Shown one piece after another: positions 30,778 through 40,513 of a stretch of DNA of 64,000 nt. Position numbers and translations under genes: made by a program. A model generated the notes under the pieces. It did not search any database and had not been told where the DNA came from. It saw only the letters and a list, made by a program, of their open reading frames with translations. Source of the DNA: Candidatus Hydrothermarchaeum profundi (lineage in GTDB: Archaea > Hydrothermarchaeota > Hydrothermarchaeia > Hydrothermarchaeales > Hydrothermarchaeaceae); assembly GCA_002011125.2 (NCBI GenBank), contig MTMF02000009.1:744989-808988 (forward strand). The letters are read 5' to 3'. Within the stretch, counting starts at the first letter, position 1, and each line of letters opens with the position of its first letter.

Positions 30778-31890
30778 GTGGGGCTCCGCGATTTATTTAA
30801 AAAGGAGAAGCCGCGGCTCTTCCAATACGATGATATAGAGGCATTCAGGGAGAGAGTTGAAGAGGGATTTTTGATACTGGGAGCCGAATTCTCGGAGGAA
30901 GCAATAACCTATATTGTAGAGCCAAGATATTCCCATGAAAGGTCCTTTGGCCTAGTCTGGAAAGAGTTGAGAAATACCGAGTTTGCTCCCTTCTATAGGA
31001 AATCAGAATCAGGGTATAGGCTCATAATTACCCAGCGTAGGAGAAGGAAAGTCAAGGTAAGTCCTCTTGGTCATATAGCGCTCCTCATACTTACCGCTGG
31101 GACAGTAACTTGGGCTGGCTACGAGTGGTGGACGGATCACAGGTTTGTGGATAGCGTATTCTTTGCAGTGGCTTTAATGAGCATATTAGGCATTCATGAG
31201 CTGGGACACGCGGTTACTGCTAGGAGCAGTGACATCGAGTCTACGTTGCCCTTCTTTATCCCTGCTCCACCTTACATATTCCCTTTAGGCACCTTTGGAG
31301 CTGTTATATTCATGAACTCCCCGGTTCAAAGCAGGAATTCTCTTCTAGATGTGGGTATAGCTGGGCCTCTGGTTGGGTTCTTGCTTTCTATACCTGTGAC
31401 TCTTTTGGGGCTTACTATGTCTAATGTGACCGTGCTTGAAGAAGCCTTGAAGGAAGGTGGAGTTATATTCTCTCCTTCATTGATGTTTCAATTTCTTGCT
31501 AGGATTGTTTTCGGCAAATTACCTGAGACAGCGGCGATAAGCATTCATCCTCTCGCTATAGCTGGATGGGTGGGAATGTTTGTGACTTCCCTGAACCTCC
31601 TGCCTATGGGTCAGCTTGACGGCGGTCACATTATTCGAGGGCTATTCCCGAATCATTATAGGAAGATTTATAGATTCACTGCCCTTGTACTGGTATTTAT
31701 AGGATTGTTCTGGCCGGGCTGGATTTTTTGGGCTCTTTTAGTTTATTTCATGACGAGGCTTGAGCATCCTGGCCCTTTGAATGATGTCACAGAGCTAGGT
31801 ACCCGGGGGAAAGTGCTTGGGATATTAGCGGGGATCATACTTATACTGTGCTTCACTCCAGTGCCTATCATAACTGTATCGCCATCGTAG
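30778..31890 (+). CDS. Site-2 protease (M50) membrane metalloprotease
   Basis: HELGH, AGP and NLLPMGQLDGGH motifs. Confidence 0.93.
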   Translation: MGLRDLFKKEKPRLFQYDDIEAFRERVEEGFLILGAEFSEEAITYIVEPRYSHERSFGLVWKELRNTEFAPFYRKSESGYRLIITQRRRRKVKVSPLGHIALLILTAGTVTWAGYEWWTDHRFVDSVFFAVALMSILGIHELGHAVTARSSDIESTLPFFIPAPPYIFPLGTFGAVIFMNSPVQSRNSLLDVGIAGPLVGFLLSIPVTLLGLTMSNVTVLEEALKEGGVIFSPSLMFQFLARIVFGKLPETAAISIHPLAIAGWVGMFVTSLNLLPMGQLDGGHIIRGLFPNHYRKIYRFTALVLVFIGLFWPGWIFWALLVYFMTRLEHPGPLNDVTELGTRGKVLGILAGIILILCFTPVPIITVSPS

Positions 31891-31927
31891 CCTTAATATA
31901 TAAGGAGTTCTAAAAATTTTCTTTGAG

Positions 31928-32212
31928 ATGAAGACTTCAATAGGATATATAGACCGGCGTGACCTGACGCCTGAGGAGACTGACATCTGTGCTGATTGCA
32001 GGTCTAAGGGCTTGAATATATGCGAAATCGACGAGATATGCCAGGCCAGGCTTGCGGCGGCCCTTGGTAATATGAGAGATATTGATTCGTCAATAGATTT
32101 TGCCAGAAAAAAGGGACTCATAAAGGTCCGAGAGATTGATGTCGGGGGAGAGAAAAGGCGGTTTATAAAGATTACGGAGGAGGGAGAGGTTCTCTTCGCC
32201 CTTATGAAGTAA
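31928..32212 (+). CDS. Small hypothetical protein (four Cys plus a wHTH-like C-terminus)
   Basis: CADC...CEIDEIC; KGLIKV...RRFIKITEEG. Confidence 0.55.
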   Translation: MKTSIGYIDRRDLTPEETDICADCRSKGLNICEIDEICQARLAAALGNMRDIDSSIDFARKKGLIKVREIDVGGEKRRFIKITEEGEVLFALMK

Positions 32213-32238
32213 CGCAGGGTTATTGGGCGTGGCAATGT

Positions 32239-33087
32239 ATGAAGGCGGGTCCTGAGTGTCTCCAGTGTTTAAAGGAGCAGGCTAAGCGCTCTCTGAGTTT
32301 TTCTGGTGTAAACGGCGAGATCCTGGAGAGCATGATACGTTTCGTAGATGAAATCTTCGGTGAGGATAAGATACCTGCCAACCTCGGAACTATTCTTCAC
32401 CGAAGGATAATGGAGATAATCGGAGGCGATCCTTATAAGGAGAAAAAGAGAACCTCCAATAGAGAAGCTTTGAAGCTAGAGGGATATGCGAGAGAACTTA
32501 TAAGGAGGGCTGAAAACCCTCTCTTACAGTCCTTTAAGGTAGCGTTGGCGGGGAACCTCCTGGACTTCAGCATATCAGATGTCAGGGTTAACGTTGAAGA
32601 GCTTAAGAAAGCCTTAAACGATGGCTTCGAGGTTGATGATAGTGGAGAGCTATTAAAATTCTTGGAGAATGCTAGCACCGTGTTGTACCTCTGTGATAAC
32701 GCAGGTGAGATAGCCTTCGATAAGCTATGTATACTTGAGTTGCAGACGATGGGCCTAGAAGTAACAGCAGCTGTGAAGTCCGGTCCGATACTAAACGATG
32801 CTACTATGGAAGACGCTTTGGCAGTGGGATTACCAGAGGTTTGCGAGGTTATAACGATTGGCTCTAACTGTGTAGGAGTTAACCTTGAAGAAGCCTCAAA
32901 GGAGTTTATACAGAGGTTTAAATCATTTGACCTAATCATTGCAAAAGGCCAGGGTAACTATGAGACCTTGGGTGATGTAAATAAGGATATCCTATTCCTT
33001 TTGAAAGCAAAATGCCTGCCGGTAGCAAGAGCCCTTGGGGTGGGTTTAAAGGGTAGTGTCCTGTTTTTTAATCGAGCTTGTTTATAA
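32239..33087 (+). CDS. DUF89/ARMT1-like damage-control phosphatase
   Basis: ECLQC, GNLLD, DNAGE, NDAT, KGQGNYE and KAKC motifs. Confidence 0.92.
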   Translation: MKAGPECLQCLKEQAKRSLSFSGVNGEILESMIRFVDEIFGEDKIPANLGTILHRRIMEIIGGDPYKEKKRTSNREALKLEGYARELIRRAENPLLQSFKVALAGNLLDFSISDVRVNVEELKKALNDGFEVDDSGELLKFLENASTVLYLCDNAGEIAFDKLCILELQTMGLEVTAAVKSGPILNDATMEDALAVGLPEVCEVITIGSNCVGVNLEEASKEFIQRFKSFDLIIAKGQGNYETLGDVNKDILFLLKAKCLPVARALGVGLKGSVLFFNRACL

Positions 33088-34309
33088 CCAGTCCGGTGAG
33101 GGGCTTGGGATAGAAATAGGTTGCTTTTCCAGGCATCCTCTCGCCGTTTAGAGCCACATCTCTAACCTCTTCCACTCTAGTTGGGTTTACAAAAAAGACC
33201 ATCTTATATTCTCCTCTGTCGACAGCTCTTATCGCCTTCTCCGCGTCAATCTCGTAGTTTATATGTCCCTCGTCGTTTAATCCAAGCACGTTTTCAATAA
33301 CCAAGTAACGGAGTATTGTAACAGCGAGGTTCTTCCATGCCTTGGATTTAGTGTTTCCGAATATCTCGTTCATCAGATTTTTTTGGAGCTTCAAATAATA
33401 ATAGCTTCCATTATAAAGCCCATAGGAGTGGCGGTTTCTCCTCATTTCCTCGAACATCTCCTGCTTACTCGCTCTTGTTATGCTGAAGTTTTCTTCAAGC
33501 TGTCTGAGAAATCTATTAAAATCGAGCTCCTCTAGGTCAGCTATCAAGCGATGGGCAGGCAGTATCGTTACTCCTCCGCAGTCCATATTTGCCATGTACA
33601 TCAGGGTGTAATCGTAGTTCAGTCCCTTTTTCCTCATCTCATCCCTAAATATCAGGGCGGTAGTGTACCTGTGGTGTCCATCAGCAATGAACAGCTGCTT
33701 TTCCTTCATAATGGACTTGACCTTCTCTATGGTGCTTTTATCGCTTATTTTCCAGAGCCTATGTCGTACTCCGTCAACGCTGATATCGATGAGTGGTTCT
33801 TCAAAGCTCTTTTCAAGTAAGTCTTCGATTCTTTTCTCTGGGTCGGAATAGAGAGTATATATTTGGCTGAAGTTGGCTCTACATGCCTTCAAGAGTTCAA
33901 ATCTATCCTCTATTGCCCTGCGCAGTGTCTCTTCATGGGGGAGTATCACTTTTTTCTCGAATTCCTCCAGCCTGCAGAGAGCTATGAATCCCTTCAAAAC
34001 TTTCCGCTTGCCATCATGAAGATAGTCCATGTAGTATGCATAGATAGAAGGCTCCTCGTCTCTGACTAGGGTCCCGTCTTTAAGCCAACTCTCCAAGTAC
34101 TCTCTCGCCCGTATATACTTATTATTAGATTCGTTGTCTCCCTCTTCATCCTTCCCCAATATAAGACGGATCACATTTTTTTCATGCCGGCTATAATACT
34201 CGTCACGCTCTTCTGGAGAGATAACATCGTAAGGGGGGGAAACTACCTTCTCGATTTCATCGAGAGCATAGCGTATACCCTTAAAGGGAAGGATGTCAAC
34301 CATGAACAA
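33068..34309 (-). CDS. DUF1015 family protein
   Basis: PPYDVI, PHEET, IADGHHRY and MPGKATYFYPKP motifs. Confidence 0.92.
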   Translation of the reverse strand: MFMVDILPFKGIRYALDEIEKVVSPPYDVISPEERDEYYSRHEKNVIRLILGKDEEGDNESNNKYIRAREYLESWLKDGTLVRDEEPSIYAYYMDYLHDGKRKVLKGFIALCRLEEFEKKVILPHEETLRRAIEDRFELLKACRANFSQIYTLYSDPEKRIEDLLEKSFEEPLIDISVDGVRHRLWKISDKSTIEKVKSIMKEKQLFIADGHHRYTTALIFRDEMRKKGLNYDYTLMYMANMDCGGVTILPAHRLIADLEELDFNRFLRQLEENFSITRASKQEMFEEMRRNRHSYGLYNGSYYYLKLQKNLMNEIFGNTKSKAWKNLAVTILRYLVIENVLGLNDEGHINYEIDAEKAIRAVDRGEYKMVFFVNPTRVEEVRDVALNGERMPGKATYFYPKPLTGLVINKLD

Positions 34310-34356
34310 CCCATGAAGAAAAATGAAATATAATACTTTCTATATGTCACCTTTTC

Positions 34357-34437
34357 TTATCTACGTCTATCTAGCTCTTCCTCTCTAGCTATAATAGCGA
34401 TTTCTTTTGGAACCCGTGTTGTTATAGTGACTCCCAT
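34357..34437 (-). pseudogene. Truncated ribbon-helix-helix (UPF0175-like) antitoxin remnant
   Basis: MGVTITTRVPKEIAIIAREEELDRRR* (26 aa). Confidence 0.4.
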
Positions 34438-34515
34438 TTTTATTCCATCTTTGTATTAAAATTGTAATGCATTTAATACAAAAAGTTACTACTCTATCGT
34501 AGAGAAAATATTTTC

Positions 34516-34857
34516 TTATTTAAGAACCCAGATCAACTTTTTTCCAGCATGGTACATTGCTTTAAGACCATATTCCTTTGCAAGAGATAGGCCTGCTATA
34601 GTAAAGAGTTTTGTGAGAGGGGTGAGGTCTATTATAATATCGTAGCTTCTCAGATTTGCTTCTATTGCTTTCTTTAACGCCTCTCTTACTTTGTCCATCT
34701 CATGTTGATATACTTCGAACTCAAAAGTAATCTCTTCATCTCCGTAAGTATAGCCGGCGTCTCTTATCTTCTCTTGGGCAAGAGGTGTCGTAAAAGCAAT
34801 ATGTTTCTTGATCTTTATATTTTCTTTTTCAAGGAAGCCCAGAGCATCCTCAAGCAT
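34516..34857 (-). CDS. Stand-alone CARF-like (Rossmann) domain protein, divergent from cas10; true start probably upstream
   Basis: IIIDLTPLTKLFTIAGLSLA resembles the CARF D-x-T-x-x-x-K motif; the frame stays open upstream (…KAPILLISGYTYDP…) up to a stop at 35038-35040. Confidence 0.6.
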   Translation of the reverse strand: MLEDALGFLEKENIKIKKHIAFTTPLAQEKIRDAGYTYGDEEITFEFEVYQHEMDKVREALKKAIEANLRSYDIIIDLTPLTKLFTIAGLSLAKEYGLKAMYHAGKKLIWVLK

Positions 34858-35127
34858 CTCAAGAGTCGTAGAGTCTGGCTTATTCGGGTCGTAAGTGTAT
34901 CCTGATATCAGTAAAATAGGAGCCTTAATCTCAAACTCACGCCTGAAATATTGGATTTTTTGGGGGGTGACGCTATTAGAGATCTCTTTTCCTTTTTTAT
35001 CTTTTAATGAAAATAGAAAAAATATAAATAAAAGTTTTTAAAATATAAACTTGGAGGCAGTTAGTGGGATTAAAGGAGGTTTACTCATGCTCTTTTGCAT
35101 ACTTGGGGAAGTTGTCTGGTGAGTGAG

Positions 35128-36864
35128 ATGAATGAATTAATACCTGAGCTTCATGACATTGGAAAATTACAGAAGAAATATAAACATAATTTTGAAGATG
35201 CTGGATATACATTTGAATCTAAAACTTGGAGAGGGATTTTAGAACATCACTGTTCTCGTAATTTTGAAAAATATCCCTTAAGTTTAGATACTTTCAAATT
35301 AAAAATAGCAGACAAATTAGCATCTGCGGTATCGAGAGAGTATCGTGAAGATGGATGTCCTATTTATAATGTTTATAAGCTATGGAATCCAACGCGCGAG
35401 GAGATAACTATTCCGCCTCTTAGAACTGAGAAAGATATCAAGGAATTAATTGAATTTACTGTTAGCGTATCTACTTTTGAAGATTTTGTAATAAGATATG
35501 AAAAGCTGTTGAAATATCGGACAGAAGATGCGCATCCAAAGTCTAACTTAACTAGTCTGTATACTCATATGTTGCTTACTGGAAAATTATATAGAATATT
35601 GTCCGCGATAGATGAGTATACGGTCCACCAAGAAATTTTTCAAAATAAGGATGCTGTTTGTAGAGCGATTAATGAAAAAATGAACGAGTGGAAACTACGA
35701 GTTGTGCGATGTAAAATAAATTTTTCTCAGAGTCCGATACGTGCAAAAGATATGAATGTTTTTGTGGCATTAAACACTTCTAACGATGAAATTAAGCACA
35801 AATTTAAGGACAATATTTTATTTTCATTTTCAAATGAACTTTTTTTAATCACTGTTCCTAGAGAGGACATTGTTGGCAAAATCTCTGCTCTAATAAGTAA
35901 AAATGGTTTTTGGATAGAAGTATATGGAGAAGATGATATAAAATTGAGCACGATTGCAAATAGAGGTACTAATATATTTGAAAATTTAAGGAATCCAAAG
36001 GTCGTACATTACCAGCTTGAAAAAGAAATCGCGCCTCCAATATGTGAAATATGTCAAATGAGAAAAGCTACTCCTGAAACTAGGTGGGTGGATGAAGAAA
36101 GTGGCATTATCGAGGAATTATGTGAATATTGTTTTAAAATAAGGCAAATACCTGAAGTAAGACTTAAGAAACTTGTAAACTGGTCGAGCGAGGCTGAAAT
36201 TAAGGTTGTCTATCTTAAAATTTCACTTTCGACAGAACAACTTATGCATACTCTCAACCAACTTTATAGAAACTACACTGGAAGCAATGAACATGTTTCC
36301 TTGTCAATAATCTCAGAATTTCAATGGGATTATGAAGAATTTCTTAAGGAATTTGTAAGGAGAATAAGTATCGCGTTTAATGAAGAGGACATTCAATTAA
36401 TTTTAAATGATTTTTTAGGGATAAAAATAGAAAGAACCTCTGATATTAAAAAAATATTAGAGATATATAGCCAAATTTTTAAACAATACTTTCCTGAATT
36501 TATACAAAAATCTCCGATAAGACTTTCGATTAGTTGTTCGAGTGCCAAATTTCCATTTTTCTGGCACTGGAGGATTTTAAACGATACAAAGGACGAAATA
36601 AATGTAAGCATGATCGGAAAGGGTGAGATGCATCTTAAATTTTCTAAACTTGATGAGTTGCTTAGCATAGATTTACCAAATACCCGCATGTTACACAACT
36701 TAGATAGAATATCGCAGATTTCTAAGAAATTAGCATGGATAATGCTTAATGATAGAAGTGACCGGAGAATGTATAAAGAGTTTGAGGGGTTAAAAAGAGC
36801 GGTACTGGCGACAGGGATTAGCTATTCGAGCATATTAACCTATGCAAAGATTATGGGTGATTAG
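35128..36864 (+). CDS. cas10: Cas10-like large subunit: HD nuclease retained, Palm/cyclase GGDD absent (type III-F-like)
   Basis: LHDIGK, ILEHH, IADKLAS; SLYTH; Zn finger CEIC...CEYC; ILNDF at the GGDD position; start ATG 35128 or GTG 35119 (the track's TTG 35095 is less likely). Confidence 0.85.
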   Translation: MNELIPELHDIGKLQKKYKHNFEDAGYTFESKTWRGILEHHCSRNFEKYPLSLDTFKLKIADKLASAVSREYREDGCPIYNVYKLWNPTREEITIPPLRTEKDIKELIEFTVSVSTFEDFVIRYEKLLKYRTEDAHPKSNLTSLYTHMLLTGKLYRILSAIDEYTVHQEIFQNKDAVCRAINEKMNEWKLRVVRCKINFSQSPIRAKDMNVFVALNTSNDEIKHKFKDNILFSFSNELFLITVPREDIVGKISALISKNGFWIEVYGEDDIKLSTIANRGTNIFENLRNPKVVHYQLEKEIAPPICEICQMRKATPETRWVDEESGIIEELCEYCFKIRQIPEVRLKKLVNWSSEAEIKVVYLKISLSTEQLMHTLNQLYRNYTGSNEHVSLSIISEFQWDYEEFLKEFVRRISIAFNEEDIQLILNDFLGIKIERTSDIKKILEIYSQIFKQYFPEFIQKSPIRLSISCSSAKFPFFWHWRILNDTKDEINVSMIGKGEMHLKFSKLDELLSIDLPNTRMLHNLDRISQISKKLAWIMLNDRSDRRMYKEFEGLKRAVLATGISYSSILTYAKIMGD

Positions 36865-37452
36865 ATGGAGTTTCTTGAATATAGGATAACTTCAGATATC
36901 CTTTGTATGGGGGAAAGAATAAAGAAAGGTACATTTAGGCCGTGTATTACTACAATTCCATATAGTCAAATTACTGGTGCTCTAAAAGCAATACTAGGTA
37001 GAGAAATTGCCGCTACTGGATGTTTAATTCGAGATGGGATACACAATAATGTAGAATATCTGATTTATTCGCCTAGAGATAGAAGTACTGAAACCAGCAA
37101 ATTGCCGCTAACGATACAAATTTTAACTAATGTTCTTGGAAGAGTCTTTATACCAAAGAATGATTCGAGTGAACTACCAGAACAGCTTTCAATAACTATG
37201 GGAGCACTTAAATCAAAAGGTATAGGAAGATGTAAATTAAAGAAGATTAGGAAAATTAAAAATCCTCGATTTAAGCGAGGAATGTTGAATACTCGTATTC
37301 CTCTCGATTTGAAAGAAAACTTTGGAATTAGAAATGTTATAAAACCACAGTATGGTTATTTATTTAGACCAACTTCTTCTACAAGCGGCGTTTATGTACT
37401 TTCTCTATTTGAAAACTCAGAAATTTACGGACCAGAATTTCTGATGAGGTGA
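36865..37452 (+). CDS. cas5: Cas5-group RAMP
   Basis: TIPYSQITGAL; Gly-rich loop MGALKSKGIG; directly follows cas10. Confidence 0.75.
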   Translation: MEFLEYRITSDILCMGERIKKGTFRPCITTIPYSQITGALKAILGREIAATGCLIRDGIHNNVEYLIYSPRDRSTETSKLPLTIQILTNVLGRVFIPKNDSSELPEQLSITMGALKSKGIGRCKLKKIRKIKNPRFKRGMLNTRIPLDLKENFGIRNVIKPQYGYLFRPTSSTSGVYVLSLFENSEIYGPEFLMR

Positions 37453-37456
37453 GTAA

Positions 37457-37744
37457 ATGGATGAAATTGAGCAACTTCTTGAGGAAATAAAAAATGATTC
37501 GAATTTTAAAAAAACGAGATTTACCGCAAATTTTGTAAATGATGTAGCCGATGTCTTTGAAAAATATGGATTTGGAACTACAAGGACGTTCCTAATGGAT
37601 AAAAAAAGTCGCAGAGATTTGCACTTGCAAGCAGTAGCAATATTATCAATTTTAGAAAAATTTGAGAAAATAGAGAAGATTAAATTAAACAGAAGTATTG
37701 GGCGGTACATAATAAAAACATTAAATACATTAAAGAGGGGTTAA
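37457..37744 (+). CDS. Small alpha-helical subunit (Cas11-like)
   Basis: 95 aa, helical and charged; lies between cas5 and cas7. Confidence 0.65.
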   Translation: MDEIEQLLEEIKNDSNFKKTRFTANFVNDVADVFEKYGFGTTRTFLMDKKSRRDLHLQAVAILSILEKFEKIEKIKLNRSIGRYIIKTLNTLKRG

Positions 37745-37745
37745 A

Positions 37746-38522
37746 ATGAAAGTAGAGCAGAAATATAAAGTGATTTTAGTTACTGAGGAGCCTTTTAGAA
37801 TTGGCGGACCAAAAGATCCACTTTCAGGAGCGGATAATCCTGTAGCTATCGTAGGAAGCAAACTAGTAGTGCCCGGACCTTCCTTAAAAGGAGCATATCG
37901 AGCAGAAATAGAGAGATTTTTAATAGACAGATATTATGACAAAATAAATAAAAGGTGGGTTCAGGAAAAAGAAAGCTTAATGCCTTGTATACCTGCGACT
38001 AAACTATCAAAGGATGAGGAGAAGCTAGTGAAAAATAGATTATATAGAAGTGTTGCCTGTCATTACCCTTGTGATAAAAGACGAGATAAATGTGGAAATA
38101 CGGAGCATTCTATTTGTCCAGCTTGCTATTTATTAGGCTCCCAGGGATTGAATGGATTTCTTAGGGTACCCTTCTTGTTTTCAGAGGCTTCAGCTAGCGA
38201 GTTATACTCAGCGAGGATAGATCGAGCAGTTAGTACAGTTGCGCAAGGTACAAACAGACCTTATTCGCTAGTACCGGATGGAACTACATTTGAAGGGACA
38301 TTGACGGTTTTAATCAAAGATGATATCCTCGGTTGGGAGCTGGGAAAACCTAGGCCTCTTAGCGATATTTCAGGCAAAGACATATGGTTACCAAGTCAAG
38401 AGTGGACTCAGGAGAGGATACTAAGTGAAATGATAGTCCAAAGACTTCAGAACATTAAAATCCTTGGCGGATATAAATCAAAGGGTTGCGGTAAGGTTAA
38501 AATAACAATTAAAGAAGTATAG
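37746..38522 (+). CDS. cas7: Cas7-group RAMP (Csm3-like)
   Basis: FRIGG, GADNP, VPGPSLKGAYR, Cys cluster CPACYLLG, LGGYKSKGCG. Confidence 0.9.
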   Translation: MKVEQKYKVILVTEEPFRIGGPKDPLSGADNPVAIVGSKLVVPGPSLKGAYRAEIERFLIDRYYDKINKRWVQEKESLMPCIPATKLSKDEEKLVKNRLYRSVACHYPCDKRRDKCGNTEHSICPACYLLGSQGLNGFLRVPFLFSEASASELYSARIDRAVSTVAQGTNRPYSLVPDGTTFEGTLTVLIKDDILGWELGKPRPLSDISGKDIWLPSQEWTQERILSEMIVQRLQNIKILGGYKSKGCGKVKITIKEV

Positions 38523-38564
38523 ATAAAAAAGAGCTATAGCTCGGTCCTTAAAATTTTTATATAG

Positions 38565-39263
38565 ATGAGATTCAAGACAACTTATTTAGTTCTTAGTACA
38601 GATAGGCCAGTCAAAGAAGAGGCTTCTAAGCTTAGAGGCTATATTGGTAACAAGTTTGAGGAGTATCCCATCCTTCATCATCATATAAGGGAAGTCGGCT
38701 ACTTATACACTTATCCTCGAGTGCAATACAAGGTGCTTGAAGGAACGCCTCACATCCTAGGGATAGAGGAGGGTGCGAAGGTATTGAAGGAGATATCAGG
38801 CGGCTTAAATGAGTTGGTATTGGGCAGAAGCCATTATACGGTTAAACAGAAAATACTCTATGAGCAGGAGGTAGAGCTTAGATCTTCTAGGAAGAAGCAG
38901 TATAGGTTTATAACACCTTGGCTGGCCTTAAATCCTGATAACTATAGAACCTATCAGAATATTGAAAATTGGAAGGAAAAGAAGGAGTTTCTAAACCGCA
39001 TACTGGTGGGCAACATACTCTCGATGTGCAAGAGCCTTGGTATAGTAGTGGAAAAGCATTTATATGCCCACACCCATCTTTATTCAAGAAAAGTAAATTA
39101 TAAGAATGCCCCATTAATGGGCTTCACAGGCGAGTTTAGAGTGAACTTTATTATCCCCGAGTTCTTCGGCTTGGGGAAGGGGGTAAGCCAGGGGTTTGGC
39201 GCAGTTAAAAATGAAGGTCGTGATCGACGACTACGGGGCCTACCTGAAGAAAAAAGGCAATAG
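38565..39263 (+). CDS. cas6: CRISPR endoribonuclease Cas6 (Cas6b-like)
   Basis: LRGYIG, HHH, YPRVQYK, TPWLALN and GLGKGVSQGFG motifs. Confidence 0.93.
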   Translation: MRFKTTYLVLSTDRPVKEEASKLRGYIGNKFEEYPILHHHIREVGYLYTYPRVQYKVLEGTPHILGIEEGAKVLKEISGGLNELVLGRSHYTVKQKILYEQEVELRSSRKKQYRFITPWLALNPDNYRTYQNIENWKEKKEFLNRILVGNILSMCKSLGIVVEKHLYAHTHLYSRKVNYKNAPLMGFTGEFRVNFIIPEFFGLGKGVSQGFGAVKNEGRDRRLRGLPEEKRQ

Positions 39264-40209
39264 GTTCATAGTATCCTCAGAGGAGAAGAGCGAGGAGTTT
39301 GCATCTGATAAGGTAACGCAGGTCATTATACTAAAGGGATCGGCGATCACTACTGATGCAGTAAAATTGGCAGCAGAGAAATGCATAGACATAATATGCT
39401 TGGATAGAAGCGGAAAGCCTTACGCTAGAATATACCCGTGCAAGCTAGGTGGCACCACGTTAACTAGAAGAAATCAGCTGGCAGCATATTCAACCTCTAA
39501 GGGAGTCTTTCTGGCTAAAGCTTTTGTAGGCGCTAAAGTTGAAAACATGTCTTATTTTCTTAAGTCACTAGCAAAGAGTAGAGGAAATAGTGTACTAAAA
39601 GAAGCAGGGAATTTGATCTTGAAATTTTCTAAGAATATAGATGATGTAGAGGGAAATATCGATACCGTGAGAAACAGGCTTCTAGGCATTGAGGGTGAAT
39701 GTTCTAAGACTTATTTCTCTGCCTTAAGCGAGGTATTACCTAAAGGGCTCTACTCTGGGGTAAGAACAAGGAGGCCTCCTAGGGATGCGTTTAATGCGAT
39801 GATAAGCTATGGATATGGTGTTTTATATTCTGAGATTGAGAAGGCGTGTATAATTTCTGGGCTAGACCCATATTTAGGCTTCTTGCATACGGATAGATAC
39901 GGTAGACCTTCGCTGGTAATGGATTTGATAGAGGAGTTTAGGCAGCCAGTGGTTGATAGAGCAATGGTAACTCTGGTTGCAAGAGGTCAAGTAGAGAAAG
40001 ACTGCGTTAAAAGAGAGGAGGGAGTGTATCTGAACAAGAAAGGAAGGAAAATGGCTATTGAAGCGATGATGTCTCGCTTGGAGTCAAAAATAAAGTATAA
40101 GGGCAGAAGAATCTCTATGGAGGATATCATATTGAAGCAGGCTAGGGAGTTAGTGGGCTTTCTTAACGGTGACCGTAGGTCATATAAGCCATTTGTCTAC
40201 AGGTGGTGA
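39211..40209 (+). CDS. cas1: CRISPR integrase Cas1
   Basis: LLGIEG, NAMISYGY, GLDPYLGFLH and DLIEEFR motifs. Confidence 0.97.
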   Translation: MKVVIDDYGAYLKKKGNRFIVSSEEKSEEFASDKVTQVIILKGSAITTDAVKLAAEKCIDIICLDRSGKPYARIYPCKLGGTTLTRRNQLAAYSTSKGVFLAKAFVGAKVENMSYFLKSLAKSRGNSVLKEAGNLILKFSKNIDDVEGNIDTVRNRLLGIEGECSKTYFSALSEVLPKGLYSGVRTRRPPRDAFNAMISYGYGVLYSEIEKACIISGLDPYLGFLHTDRYGRPSLVMDLIEEFRQPVVDRAMVTLVARGQVEKDCVKREEGVYLNKKGRKMAIEAMMSRLESKIKYKGRRISMEDIILKQARELVGFLNGDRRSYKPFVYRW

Positions 40210-40210
40210 A

Positions 40211-40513
40211 ATGCTAACTTGGGTGATATATGATATCTCTGATAATAGGCTGCGAACCCGTGTTTCTGAGAAGTGTAAAGACTACGGTATGGAGAGGTTA
40301 CAGAAAAGCGCCTTCCTCGGGGATCTCAGCAGGAATAACTCTGAGATGCTCGCTATAGAGATAGAGAAAATATTGGATGATGAGAATACTGTGGAAGAGG
40401 ACTGCGTATTCTTTTTGCCTATGTGTAGCTCCTGTATAAGCAAGAAGATAACGATTGGCAGAGGATTTGATGAAGAAGAATTTAAGGACAAATTCTACAC
40501 ATTCTTCGAGTGA
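40211..40513 (+). CDS. cas2: Cas2
   Basis: VIYDIS and RLQKSAF motifs; RBS GGTGGTGA. Confidence 0.96.
   Translation: MLTWVIYDISDNRLRTRVSEKCKDYGMERLQKSAFLGDLSRNNSEMLAIEIEKILDDENTVEEDCVFFLPMCSSCISKKITIGRGFDEEEFKDKFYTFFE

Noticed and set aside
35038-35100. In-frame ATG at 35100 that would give the CARF-like gene a hydrophobic N-terminus (Cam1-like TM-CARF) if one TAA were ignored
   Set aside because: The segment is AT-rich promoter-like DNA shared with cas10, its hydrophobicity follows from poly-T, and it needs stop read-through
35128-38522. Type I-D assignment (HD-Cas10d)
   Set aside because: No cas3 helicase in the locus, Cas7 is Csm3-like, and the large subunit is short
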